The notes: generated by a model not told the origin, from the sequence alone. 64,000 nucleotides of DNA from Lama guanicoe (GCA_013239625.1 PNXV01005434.1:1-64000), one strand, 5' to 3'; shown: positions 25,433 through 38,649, counted from the stretch's first letter. Numbers and translations: made by a program.

Positions 25433-26710
25433 AGGTGGCCAAGAGGCAAATGAAAAGATGCTCAACATGACTAATCATCAGGGAAATGCAAATCAAAACC
25501 ACAGTGAGATAACACCTACATGCCGGAGCCTGCCGGCAAAAAACAGGTCCGAAGACGCGGTCGACAGGACTAAGAAGAGAAAGCACACAGACACAGAATG
25601 GGGTCGAGAGGGACGAGTCTTACACCTGCTAAAGCAAAGGGCAGACACCGCCAACGCAGTTTATTTTGCAACTTTTTATAGTATGCAAGAAGGAAGAAAC
25701 ATTGAATACCAGAAAGATTACATAGATTTCTTTACAATTACACTCATGTTTATCTCAAGGAATGACATTTACAGTCATCAATCTAAGGAGTCCTGTTTTT
25801 ACCCTTTTTCTTGGGCAAAGAACAAAGCACAGAAACTCCTTTCGGGAAAACATCTGTTAATCCTTTATCTTAAGAACGTAGGGGTGGCGGGACAGGGAAT
25901 CCTCCCAGAGCTGAGTCTTGTAAACAGAGCTATTATGAGACTGACGCGCTGCCTACTGCGCTAAGGAGGCAACTTAAATAAACAGAGCTTAACTCCCGGA
26001 TACCAGACCTTCAATCCATGAAGCAGCTCCCCGCAGGGGCTGTGTCTTGTAAATCAGGACTGTTAACTCCTGTCTACCAGACTCTCACTTCATGAGGCAG
26101 CTCCCCGCACCTACACCTGCCAGAACGGCTACCATCAAAAAGACCAGAAATAACAAATGTTAACAAGGATGTGGAGGAAAGTGAACCCTAGTACAATGTT
26201 GGTGGGAATGTAAATTTGTTTTGCTACTGTTGAAAACAATATGCAGGTTTCAAAAAACTAAAAATAGCACTACCATAAGATCCAGCAATTCCACTCCTGG
26301 GTATATATCCAAAGAAAATAAAGCATTAACTTGAAAAGATCATGCATTTAATGTTCATAGCAGCATTATTTGCAATAGCCAAGATATAGAAGCAGTCTCA
26401 GTGTCTATCAACGGATGAATGGATAAGAAGGTGTGATATATATGTATGTATATATTAATTAATATACTATATTTATATATAATATATATAATGGAATAGT
26501 TTTTAGCCATAAAAAGAATGATGTTCTGCCAATTTCAATGGCATGTATGTACCTAGAATTCATTATGCTTAGAGAAAGAAGTCAATGGCAAATACAGTAT
26601 GATATCACGAAAATGTGGAATCAGAAAAATAAAATAAAGTAGCAAATACAACGTAAAGACTCACAGATATAGAGAACAAACTAGTGGTTACCAGTGGGAA
26701 GAGGGAGGAA
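25433..26710 (+). mobile_element. L1 3' fragment interrupted by a solo LTR
   Basis: ATGAAAAGATGCTCAACATGACTAATCATCAGGGAAATGCAAATCAAAACCACA...; L1 resumes at 26110. Confidence 0.85.
25521..26109 (-). mobile_element. Betaretrovirus-like (ERVK/class II) solo LTR
   Basis: 6-bp TSD CCTACA (25515-25520, 26110-26115). The minus strand starts TGCGGGGAG, ends CCGGCA and contains TATAAAAAGTTGCAAAATAAA. Many CpGs are retained. Confidence 0.88.
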
Positions 26711-27398
26711 TGGTTTCGGCTATTAAATATTGTTTTCCTTGGGACGTGTTTGAGTGGTGGGCAGATAAGGGCGGCAGAGAGGAACCTGGAATTTTTTCTA
26801 GATGTCAGCCTCTATCAGTTTTCCTGGGTCATACTTGTTTATACATCTTACGGCAAATTCTGACAGCACATCAAATTTCACTTTGTGAAGTTAAAACAAC
26901 TCATTAAATTTTGAGAACGATGATGGTAGTGGAAGCAAGAACAGCAGCTGTAATGTTAATAGTGATATCAGTTAGGCAGGATTTGTAGTGGTTGGGGACA
27001 GATACTGGAGACAGACTAGTGTTGAATCTCCTCTGGGTCACAGATTATCTGTATTACTCTGAACAGTTTACTTAACTCTCTGTACCTTGTAAGATTGTTA
27101 CAAAGGTTAAGTGTATTCATGCAAAAATAATTTCAAACAAAATCTGGAACTTTTAAGGACTCCATATATTAATTAGCATTATATTAGTAACTTTTATTAT
27201 AATAGGAAATGATTCCTAGCTTACATTAATCCCCTTTGTAAGGTTTTGTCTGGTCACTCAATTTCCTCTAAAAGTTATCTTTCTATAAATGCCACTGTTT
27301 CCTGAATGGACTGATCACTTGTTTTGTGCTATAAGTTTTGCAGCTCCATTCCTGATCTTTTAATTTTCCTTCAGTATAAAAGTCCATGTTATCCTTTT

Positions 27399-27435
27399 GA
27401 TGATATGATGATGATGATGATGATGACAACGATGA
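27399..27435. repeat. (GAT)n microsatellite
   Basis: Seen directly. Confidence 0.8.
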
Positions 27436-27493
27436 CCCCATGGATGACAGCCTATGGCTACAGTAACCAACAGATTATAAGCCAAATGTGAAG

Positions 27494-28255
27494 TCACATT
27501 TTGATGCGATGAAACATGCGGACAATGGCTCGGTGGATCTCCTTGGTCTTGACGCTATAAATGAGAGGGTTGAGCACAGGAGGTACAAAGAGGTAGACAT
27601 TGGACAAGAGGACATGTATGTAGCGTGGGGCATTTTTCCCAAAGCGGTGCACTGTGGAGACCCCGATCATTGGCACATAAAATGCAAGTACAGCCAAGAT
27701 ATGTGACACACATGTGTTGAGAGCTTTGAGGCGTTCTTCACAAGAAGCGATGGCCATGACCGAGTGCAGAATGAGCACATAGGAGAGGGAGATACATAAG
27801 AGGTCCATGCCAAAGGTGGATATGAGAACAAAGAGTCCATAGATGCTGTTGATAGTGATATCAGCACAGGCCAGCTTCATCATGTCCGGGTGAAGGCAGT
27901 AAGAGTGGGAAAGGACATTGGATCTGCAGATAGGCAGCCTCTTAAAGAGAAAGGGGAGAGGAAAGAGGATGACGAAGCTCCGAGCAATCACCACTAAACC
28001 CATTCCAGCAATGACTTCGTTGGTGAGCACAGTCGCATAGCGCAAGGGGTCACAAATGGCCACGTAGCGGTCAAAGCTCATGGCCAGCAGAATGCCTGAC
28101 TCCATCATGGAGAAGGAATGGATGAGAAACATCTGGATGAGACAGGCATGGAAATCAATGTTGCGGGCATTGAGGCAGAAGGTCCTGAGCACGGTAGGCA
28201 GTGTGGCCATGGACATGGCCACATCACTGAAGGACAGCAGGGACAGGAAGTAGTA
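27494..28255 (-). pseudogene. OR51I2: OR51I2 orthologue lacking the N-terminus and TM1 (5'-truncated)
   Basis: YYFLSLLSFSDVAMSMATLPTVLRTFCLNARNI...KTKEIHRAIVRMFHRIKM matches recalled human OR51I2. Homology stops just before YYFL, and upstream there is no in-frame ATG before a TGA near 28395. Confidence 0.85.
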
Positions 28256-29508
28256 AAGAGAAAGCAGCTTTTCAGGGTCAGACCTTCTGACTGAGAGATT
28301 TGTGAGAATTGCACTTACTGGAGGAGAGGGAACCAGGGAGTAAAAGACACAGCAGGAGGTGTCTACACAGTTTGAGCTGATGCACTCGTGAAATCACTGG
28401 TTTAGGGACACTGCAGGCAAACTTCTTTTCTTTGTGTTTTATGATCATCAAGGCATGGGCTGGGCTATTGTTTTCTGGAATATTTTATGGCCTGGGCTCT
28501 GTTTTATGGAAAAAGGAAGATATTGATAAATGCTTAAACATATCAATTAGTCACCAACAAAAAACTTTAACGATATTGTCCACAATTTTAACTGCTTTAC
28601 AAGCATCATTGAATGCAAATATGTTAACTACAAATCAGAGATCGTTTTTATAGGACACTTAGAGTTTGAATGGAAGTAAGTTAATTACAATTCATAGATA
28701 GTTATTATAAAAGGACACTATGAGTTTGAGCCATCAATAACTATTGAAAATTTAAAAATTTCCCCTGAAAATGTCATTTAATTCAGTGGTGTCACTGATT
28801 AATGAAAGTATTCCCCAGAGCTGGTTTGAATGATCATGTGTGTACACTCAGGATGGGGAAGGCGCAGTGGGACTTGGAGAGAACTGACCCCCTCTGGACA
28901 TCAGCCTTTCATTGGAAGAGTTGCTACAAAAAAAAAAAATTTATTTAATTGTGCAAAGGCACAAGCCACCCCTGTTTTTGGAAAAAAAAAATGATTTCTC
29001 CCTTAAATCTGCTCTAGGTACACTAACATTCAGCCTGTGGGAGAGCATTGTTCCAGATAGAGATTTTCACACCCGTACACGTCATACGGACTCTCAAAAT
29101 ATACACGATTCACACAGACACAGTCACGTACCTTCACGACAGCCTCATGCTGGATCCCATTCATACGCTTTGTAAAAGCACTCACCCACATCTCTTTCTG
29201 TCTCACAAACTTACTTTTATTATACAATTATGTGTTTGGCACTCCCTCTTGACTTTTGTACACTTCAACACGCACATGTCCTGTCCTGCTCGTACTCTCA
29301 GTCCACACTGACATATATGCCGCATTCACACCTGCATAACACTCAAGTGCACACATAGGTTTGTGTGCTCACAAAGCAAACACTTCCACCTGCATGTTCA
29401 TAGACTCCTACCTGCTCACAGCTACTAACCCGCTCACCCACACAGACACTCCTTCCACCCTCACGTGTTGCATTTACTCAGTTTTTCTTACCGTGGCACG
29501 TCTATATT

Positions 29509-29835
29509 ACTTACCCAATTCTAGAGGCCAACCCACAGCTACTTCCCTCTGAGAGTGATGATGTTTTTCGTTCCCCTATCATTCTCCTATTTTTGAAACT
29601 CTTCCATGTTGACTCCTTGATGATGGACGGAGGTTGAGAAGGCAAAAAGCTTTTCACCTGGCAGATGTGTTTCAGGCTTATAAAGCACCCTTCTCTGTGG
29701 TGGGGAGGGAACCCCAGAAATATGTACCACTGTTATCCTTTTCCCTTCCTCTTTAACCTCTGTCAGAGCAAGGCCAGAGCATGATCTCAGAGTCCTTCCT
29801 GATGGGAATGGCAGAGGAAGGGGCCCTGGGAACCT
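29509..29835 (-). promoter_or_regulatory. Candidate promoter/first exon of OR51I2
   Basis: On the minus strand: O/E-like TTCCCAGGG (29824-29832), TATA CTTTATAA (~29678-29686), donor GG|GTAAGT (29509-29514). Confidence 0.4.
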
Positions 29836-31145
29836 TAGGTACCTGAAGGCCACAGAGATGCTGCAATGCTTTGTCATGCAACATCAACACTCTGGGAAAG
29901 ACTCCTGGACTTTCTCCATCAATATAGAACTCAGACCTTCTCCAGATTTGTAAAAAGGTAGTGGCCACTTGTCTGAGTTGGACTGATTACACCCCTTCTG
30001 GTCCTAGAGTTCGGTCTGTGCAGGCACGTCTCCCCTTCAGAACTGTGATTCCTTGGGATCCAGGGCTCCAAAGTTCTCCATCTCTTGTTTTTCCCACCTG
30101 ACTACAATTCCTTCTTACACAGCTTCATGGAAGGTAAGGAGCAGAAACAGGTGAGGACTGAGCTAATGTAAAGGAAATAGGAAGAAAAGGGAAAAGGAAA
30201 CAGGCTTCAGTGAAACCAGGATTCTGTGAAGGGCAGAGCCAAAGGCATTCTGGGTATGGCTATCTACACCTTAGTATTCATGGCAAAAAGGCTGCCTGAC
30301 AGTCCCAGGATCATATCCTTTATCATATCTGGCAGCCACTAAACTTGGCGGTTGTCTAGATGCAAGTGAAGAAAAGAATGCAGTGAGAGAAAACCAGTGC
30401 TTATGGAGCATGTGCTATGTGCCAAACACTCTGCACGGACCTTTACAACCATCTACTTTTTAAATCCTCGACAGAAGTGGAAACTAAGGCTCACTGCGGA
30501 GAGCTTGCCTCCCAGAGTAGATCAAGGAGCTGATAAACCTCAATGTAAATAAAGATACATAAGACTCTCTAAAAAAGGATATGAAGACCCCACTGAGGTC
30601 TGAGAGGCATCACAAAGATGCTGGGAAGGACATGGATAAAGAAAATAGAGGTGTATGTGTCTGGATGGAGATTTCTCAGATATCCTTGAAGAGAGAGGGT
30701 GGCTAAAGGCAGATTCATGTGGTGAAAATGATGTAAAAAGTACCTGCATTCAATGCTGGACTCAATTTCTTCTGACCCCACAACCCAGAGCCTTTCTTTA
30801 ACTGAAGCCTTATAGGAACCAGGATGGTGTAGGGGAACAGGTACTGGCCTGGGAATCTAATGTCCTGTGATTTAACCGTGCTCTGGCATGTCCTGGCTGT
30901 GTGAGCTTCAGCAAATCTGTTTCTCTTTCTACACCTCAATGTCTTCTTTTTTATAACTATCTCTATGGAAATTTTAGAATATCCTTTATGGCTTTGATGT
31001 TCTTTTATTTTCCTCGTTAATTTTTGGTCAAGCAAAGAATAGCTGTGACGATTTGCCAGCGATGCTAAGGACAACAAAAACAAGGTAGAGATGGGACTGG
31101 AAGTGTGTATAGAAAGGGTCTTCTAAGAGCCATAGTATTGGGGGC

Positions 31146-31268
31146 TTTTTTTTTTTGAAGGGGTAATTAGGTTTGTTTGTTTGTTTATTAAATAGAGGTG
31201 CTAGGGATTGAACCCAGGACCGCGTGCTTGCCAAACACGCACTCTACTACTGAGCTATACCTCCCCCT
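31146..31268 (-). mobile_element. tRNA-derived SINE (camelid Vic-1-like)
   Basis: GGGATTGAACCCAGGACC...TACTACTGAGCTATACCTCCCCC; flanking direct repeat AGCCATAGT. Confidence 0.8.
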
Positions 31269-33071
31269 AAAAGCCATAGTTGTTAATCTACATCATGGAT
31301 TATAAAAAAATCTAGAAATGCTTATCTATCCATGTTCATCTAAAGTTTATAACTAGCTGACTTCTCCTACTTTTATAATCTCCTGGGTGACTTTTATGTA
31401 TTGTTTCTCAGAATTCATAAGGTAAGACCATGTGAGCTGGCTCTGCTGTTAGAGTCGTGAAACTGGTAGTAACCACTTTGCTCCTGGATTTCTGAACCTT
31501 TCTTGTACTCAGAGTCCTGCTTTCCTCTCTGAACTTGCAACAATGTTAGTGAGTCAGAGAAACATGGATCCCAAGGAAGCTGACTCTGGAAAGGGGGCAA
31601 TCTAGAGAATACAGTGAATTACCCAGAGTTACACAATCAGATAGTGTCATGGCAAGAACCACGAGTCCACGGAACTTCCCACCTGCTCTGCCCACTCAGC
31701 TCAGATGCTTCTATCTGATAACCACCACTCAGTCTCTCCCTCTGCACCTCACCCTGCCCCTTCCCCAGTTTAACCCTTTCTTGAGACAGGCTTCAGGACA
31801 GTCTGCTAGCTCACCCCGACTGGGTTTCAGAACTCACCAGAAGACAGACAGTTGAGAGACACCCGCAGAACTACACTTCCTTCTCTCTGCTTGCAACAGT
31901 GTGTTCACACTTCCCACTATTATGTTTCACTCTAAGCCCCTGGAGAGAGAGCAAAGAGTGATGCTGACTTCATGTCTGAAACACAGCAGGAAGGCTCTAG
32001 TCTCCTGAGGTTTTCCATGACTACTGAGAATAAAGCACATTCTCTTAGCTGAAAAAAAACTCAGCAACCTGCCAGAGCATTTCTCTACCCAATGCAAGAC
32101 ACCATCTGGTGGCCGCTGGGCAGGCATGTAAGAGAGGAGCTCGTTACCTTCTAAGCAATCCCAGCATTTTGTCATCTGTTCACCTAGTATGACAAATAAG
32201 GGATAATGAGAAAATAAGTTTACTTTTCTTACTCCTTTAAATGTACGGAAAGGATTAGTTCTTTCCTTACCCTTGGATGAGAACTCAGTTCCCTATGGTT
32301 CTGGTCACATTCAGAAAATAAAACATCCTCTGGTGACTATTAGACTGCTCAGCCTCTTGGGACAGTCACCCTTTCCAGGGTTCAGAGGCACAGCCTTTCG
32401 TCTTCTCCCATCCTTCACTTGCTAAGCATGTTCTCTGGCTCCTCCTCCCCCGAGAAGCCACAAGGGCAAGGGGAAGATTCATAGTTGATTATGGTTCAGT
32501 TAGCTGCTGTCATGTGTCCCAGGCATGTTAAGTGTTTAGAGCTGACTCTTTCTTTCATTGGGTGCTTTCCTTGATGAATGAAGAGCCTTCTCCCCATCTT
32601 TTCCTTCTCCACTTGGTTTAAACTAATATATGGTTGCCTTTGATTCCATCCACAAGCCAGGCCCCCTTTGTAAAACCATACATTCTTCTGGCCGAGATCT
32701 CAGACAACAGCACGCTGTAACATGTAGCCCACCCAGGAAATGGTTGCAACAAATGCCCTACCGCAAAACAGGACTAGGCTCCCATTCAGTCCTGCTATGA
32801 GAACAGCAAGGGAGCTTTTATCGCTCTATCCAGATTTTCAGGCACATGTAAGGAGCCAGTCTGCTATGCCTCGCTTTCCCCAAACCTCAGGGGACGTTTG
32901 TTTCCTGAGCGGAATTCTTGAGGATCCTCTCTTTTGCTTCAAGGAAAGTGCCGTGTAACTCCCTGTCCCGTTCTTGGGTGTGAGGTGAGGCCTCACTCTT
33001 TCCAGTGGTTCTCTTCAGGAACCTCTATTTACATCCTGGAATTCATAACTCCTTTGAGTCTGTAATTGGGG

Positions 33072-33278
33072 CAGGATTTCTCAGCCTCAGTGCTGTTAAC
33101 ATTTTGGGAGGGATAGTTCTTTGTTGTAATGTGATGTCTTGTGCATTGTAAGATATTTAGCAGCATCTCTGGTCTTAACCTAATAGATGCTCTACCCCAT
33201 TTTTGACAACTAAAAATGTTTCTAGACTTTGCCAAATGTCCCCTGAGGGACAAAATCACCCCTGGTTGAGAACTACTG
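33072..33278 (+). mobile_element. MER20-like hAT DNA transposon
   Basis: CAGGATTTCTCAGCCTCAG...TTGCCAAATGTCCCCTG...GGTTGAGAACTACTG resembles the MER20 consensus as recalled. Confidence 0.8.
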
Positions 33279-33701
33279 AATTCAGGGGAGTTTACAAGTC
33301 AGGTAACCAGTTCTATGAAAATGAATTCACAATTTCCCCATGGTTGTCCATTAAGAATATAATATCCATTGTCTTCATGTATTAGCTATGTTAAGATATG
33401 CACAAGCCATTTAAAAATTCTGTTCCACATGCAAAACATCTCAAACAGATTAGAATTTTTCTTCTCAAAAGGCCATTTTCTGAGCTCAGTTAAGCAATTT
33501 TGTATTTGTCTATTCTCTGTTATCAAATCATTCCCTCTGCAAGGATTGAGCTGTGGCGTGTACAGAAGACCCTTCACTGCTCCTCTTCTGAATGATCTCT
33601 CTGCACTCCAAGACTTATAACATTTGTTTCTGTCTTTCTGAACCTCTTGCAGATTCTCAAACAAATATGCCATTTCACTTAATCACAACTCTGCAAGGTC
33701 C

Positions 33702-34180
33702 TAGAAAAGATCAATAGAGAATATAATATAAGCATTTATTAGGCTAGGAATCTTCCACAGGGCAATTTAAGCTGGAAGATAGTAGATAAGGAGCCAGCCA
33801 GATGAAGGGAAGAACCTCCAAGACTTGGGTAACAGCATTTGTGAAGGCCACATGGAAGGAATCAACCTTGAATATTCAAGAGACTGAAAGATCATTAAAG
33901 TTGCAACAAAAAGAACAAAGGGGAAATGGCTCAAGATAAAGTTTGAAAGAAGGGAGTTGTCATATCACATAGGGTCCTCTGGGCCATATAGAAGGTTGGA
34001 CTTGATGGTAATGGAAATGGAAATAATATAATGAAATTGTCCTTAATGCATTTCTGTAATTTGCAGAGTGGATTGGGTTAGGGTTGAATAACATAGGGAA
34101 ATCAATAAAGGCTGCTGTAATGATCTAAGGTTGACATGTTGATATTTTGATGAGAGAGTAACTGGGAATGGGAAGAAGTC
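33702..34180. repeat. Inverted copy of 10451-10944 (L2-like sequence)
   Basis: rc GACTTCTTCCCATTCCCAGT and TGTCAACCTTAGATCATTAC match 10451-10515; colinear to TTGATCTTT at ~10944. Confidence 0.85.
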
Positions 34181-35594
34181 ACACCAGTTTAATGCAAATA
34201 TGTTGAGTTAAGCTGTGCATAAATAAAAGATCACTGCACAAAACAGTGCTAGAAATTTCTTTCAGTGTTCAGAAGTACTCACTTTCCAGCCCTTGGTTAG
34301 TTATGGACCTCTGGGGCATGGGCATACACATGTACAACCTGTTTATAGTGACTGAGTTATAGATAAATTTATTCAGGAGGCAAAAAAAAATTATAAGCTC
34401 TTATTTTCCTAATAGAGAAAAAAATTCATTATATATACATATGTATGTATTGATGGATGGATGGATGTGTATGTTTTTGAGTATGTCTGGTAGTTTTTGA
34501 GCATGTCCTAACTACTTTTTTGAGGATGTCTGGCTATGTTAATGAGACTGAAGGGTACAAAGATGAGTAAGACAGGCTTGCTGCCCATGAATTGCTTGGA
34601 GTCTAGTTGAGAATTCAAACTGCCCAAAGCAACTTATATGATTAAGGTACATTCCAAGTACAATGAGGACACAAAGCAGATGTGGAACAGTTCTATTTGG
34701 GGTTCAAGAAAACCTTAGACAAAACATTTCTTTAGACCATGGCTGATGCACGTGATCTTTTGAAGCTAAACATTGGATTTTACATTGATTCTGCTGAATA
34801 CAAGCACTGAGTAAATAAGCAAAGCATATTATCATATAATTTTCAGAACGATTTATTTACTCTTCGAAATAAACATATGAGATAGCTGAATCAGAGATCC
34901 CATGTTACAGTTGAGGAAATTAAGACTGAATTCAGTCCACTCACTCAAGGGTCACCTCTTTGGATGGGGTAAGTAACCTTATAGGAGTAATCATTTCACA
35001 GTGTCTGTGCGTAACAAGTCATCATGTTCACCTTAAACTTACACAAAGTTATATATCAGTTACAACTCAATGAAGCTGGGAGAATAAAAGAACAAAGGGG
35101 AAAAAATGCCACCTCTAATTTGCATTTCTCTCTTTAGAGGAGTTATGGGCACCGAGGGAGAAGAAATGTTCCCTGATACGAGATTCTGATTTAAGGAAAT
35201 CAGTCATTAGTTCAAATGCTCATTTATTAATTTGTTCACTCCTGATTTCCTTCTGTTACCACTTACTATGGATTACTCATCCAGGCTCTCACTAATTCTT
35301 TCATATTGCTCTCATCATCAGCCACGCTTTGAACGGAGGAGGAACAGCACGTCCGAGGTGGATGGACAAAGTGTTTGACAAGGTTGCGGCTTTAGGGAGC
35401 TCAGATTCCACGAGGGGAGGGCAGATAGACATGAAAGAGTGAAGGGAGGTCACAGGAGAGGTATAAACCAAGGGCTGCTGAGTTCAGCTGGGGTTGGCAG
35501 GTCCAAGTGCCTACATATTTCAGGGCCTCCTGTGTGAAAAGAACGTGCCAAGAATCCTGAAGTCTAGTTTTGACTGCTTTAGTATCGTAGCTGT

Positions 35595-36077
35595 TGTATG
35601 AGTCAGTGTTCTTGAGATAAACAGAGCTAGTAGAATACGTGTACAGAAAGATTTCTTAAATTTATTATAAAGAACTGGCTGTCACAATTATGGAGACTCA
35701 GGAGTCCAGACGCAGGAGAGCCAATGGTACAGTTACTGTCCGAGTCTGAAGCCCCGAAAACCAGGAGAGCCAGCGGTGAAAGCTGCAGTCCCAATCTGGA
35801 GGGTCTCCAAAGGCAGGAGAGTTCTCATATCCAGCTCTAAGATGATCAGACAGAGATTTCTTTCTTAGGCACTCAGCTTTTTATTCTATTCAGCAATTCA
35901 GTGGATTGGATGAAGCCCACTCACACCGGGGAGGACAGTGTGCCTTACTCAGTTTATCCATTCAAATGTTAGTCTCATCCGGAACTACCCTCACAGACAC
36001 ACCCAGAAATAGCGTTTAGCCAAACATCCAGATGCCTTGAGGCTCAGTCAAGTTGACCCATTAAATTAAGCATTACA
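35595..36077 (-). mobile_element. MLT2-like (ERVL) solo LTR
   Basis: The minus strand begins TGTAATGCTTAATTTAATGGGTCAACTTGACT (MLT2 start); degenerate 5-bp TSD GCTGT/GTTAT. Confidence 0.8.
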
Positions 36078-36625
36078 GTTATCAGACTCTAAAACTCAAC
36101 TTTTCAAGCAGCAAGGTAAGAAGGGCTTTGGATCCTCACTGCCTCGAAAACCGATCACCCAAGCTAAACTTGCATGTGATAATGCTGTGATTCCCAGCCT
36201 GTAATTACTCCATCTGTGCCGCTGTCTTTTTCAGAATTGTGCAAGCCCGTAACCAGAAGCCCCAGCCTTGTTACCAAGTGTCTTGAAGTTTGTTCCCTGG
36301 TCCTCTTGGAAAAACCTCCTAACCCTGTAGTAATATTTGTCATTCTCTCGGTTACTCTTTTTTTTTTTTCTTAACATTTTTTATTGATTTATTCTCTTGG
36401 TTACTCTTGAAAAGAGATAATTTTTCTGTCTCTAGAGAACATTGACATGGTTGATTTTTGGATGAAACCCAGGATGGTCCCAGCAGGTGCTGGCCCATAT
36501 ACTAGACTAAATGATCCTTTCACAAAAAGCGTAACACTGACACCCAGTGATCCTTTCCTCCTCTGGTGTCCGGATGGTTCTTCCTCCAACACAAATCTTC
36601 CAGGGCTGCCAGATCTACCAAAGAG

Positions 36626-37321
36626 TCAGGACATAACCCTGCAGAGCATCTTGAGAAATCTGCGGCAAATCTCCTTTGTCTTAATGGAATAGATAATAGG
36701 GTTGAGCATGGGAGGCACAAAGAGGTAGATTATAGACATGAGGATATGGACAGCATGGGGCAGGCCAGCTCCAAAGCGATGCACAAGGGACACACTCACC
36801 ATAGGCACATGGAAGATGAGCACAGCTAGAATATGGGACACACACACATTGAGTGTCTTGAGGCACTCCCCTCGGGAGGCGATGGCTAGCACTCATCGAA
36901 AGATGAACACATAGGAGATGAAACTGAGTGCAGAGTCCAGGCCGAAGGTGACTAGCACAATGGACAACCCATAGTGGCTATTAAGGGAGACATCAGAGCA
37001 TACCAGCCTAATCATATCTGCATGAAGACAGTAGGCGTGGGAGAGAATGTTCTGGGGGCGACAGAAGGGCAGTCTGCAGCAGCAGCGGTAAGACCAGGAT
37101 GAGAGCAAAGCTTCGGAGGACAGCACTCAGGCCCATCGCCCCGACGCGGGCGTTAGTGAGCACGGAGGCATAGCGCAGTGGGTTGCAGATGGCCACGTAG
37201 CGATCGAAGCTCATAGCCAGAAGGATGCCAGACCCTGTCCAAGCAAAGAGGTGGATGAAAAACATTTGGGCCAAGCAGGCATTAAAGGCAATCACTCGGG
37301 CATGGAAGCAGAGGGCAGCTG
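36626..37321 (-). pseudogene. OR51-family pseudogene: 5'-truncated, frameshifted, with an internal stop
   Basis: Begins at ALCFHARVIAFNAC (about the first 80 codons are missing). 2-bp deletion near 37073-37077 (CAGAGA>CAGA); TGA at 36893-36895; substitutions WTGSG and IFHVP in conserved motifs. Confidence 0.92.
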
Positions 37322-38236
37322 ATAAATTATGGTGCAGACAAGCAAAAGCTTAAGAAAACTTGAGAAAGGAAAACTGTAACATTGAAGACATTCTATTCAT
37401 TACCTTATTTTTCCTATGAGTGGTTAAAAAAGCAGCATTCTTTAATTTCCATAACAGACCATTGTTTTCCTTCTCACAGACTTTCAAACTCAACAAGAGT
37501 AGATGATGAGAAATGTTACCTTTACATCAGACCAAATGAGGTTGTGAGAAAGGCTGATAAGAGTCATCAATGCATTTTACATCTTTCCCTTTGGTCTCTT
37601 GCACTGCGGAGTTTCAGAAACAACCATCCGAGGAAGGAGCTACGTTTAGGAATATTGCACAGTATTTCTGTGGCGCATCCAAGATCCTCCCAGAGCCTGG
37701 GCTGAGTGGCTTTGCCTACTAGTTTTGGAATTTGTTAGATCCCTTCTGCCTTTCATGAATCATTCCTAATGTTTCAGTTTAATTACCCACTACTGAGTAC
37801 TTTATTATTTTATGTGTTCCTTGGGGGGAAAATGTTTTTCTGCCAGAAAATTTTCAGTTTATATCAATGAACAATCAGATGGGAAATCAGAGAGAAATTC
37901 TCTACCAGAGGGATACGTGTTTTGGACAACAGATTCCGGGAACTACTGCTGAAGGATGGAGATGCTGAGTAAGGGCACTGGGTTTGAAGAGGCAGAAAGG
38001 AGGAACCGGATAAGCCCTGGGAAACCCGTCCAACGTAATGAGCTCTGATTAGTACTGCACAAAGGAACTGACACTGAGGGTTTTAGAGGAGACTGTCTTA
38101 AGGAGACAATGCCCCCCCCAACTTCTTGAGCACCCCACCCTTGAGTTTCATTTCATCATGTCACATATTCCACTATAAGGAAGTCTAAAATTGTCTTAAC
38201 TAAAAGCCGGCTGCCACAGAATCCGGCCACTTTTAG

Positions 38237-38649
38237 TGTGAAGGAAAAGCTGTGCTGGTCTAACAAGATAACTCACAAATCTAAGTATTGGAATACTGAT
38301 CTGAGTTCTGCTAGACTAACTTGTAAATCTAGGTTAATTAGTGTTGGTTTGCTGTTCATGTTTTTTTGCTAGCCAGCTGGGTTTTCAAAGATACATATCT
38401 GGCTTTGGAATGTTGGTTTGCTGCCTCCCCGCCTCCACTTTTGTGATGATGCTGCTGCTAAAGTGTTCCATGCCTATTGGCCGAATACCCCAAGCTTGTA
38501 CTTTACCCTATAAAACCTCATGCGCACGTCTTGAAGGTGCTCAGAGCTTTGGAGCAGAAGCCCCTCTGAGCCCACCGGTGTAATACATCTGAGTACTCCA
38601 ACCCTCCGAGTGGTGCTTGTTTCTTGACTGGCCTGTCGTTTCCATAACA
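38237..38649 (+). mobile_element. ERV1-class solo LTR
   Basis: TGTGAAGGAAA...TTTCCATAACA imperfect terminal inverted repeat; 4-bp TSD TTAG (38233-38236, 38650-38653); TATAAAA near 38509. Confidence 0.8.

Noticed and set aside
25320..25964. 214-aa ORF
   Set aside because: It runs from flanking DNA through L1 into the antisense LTR; a chance chimera with no recognisable domain.
29060..29470. CA-rich degenerate tract (similar composition at 46700-46950) and GA-rich tract at 38750-38990
   Set aside because: Low-complexity sequence with no clear period or alignable homology.
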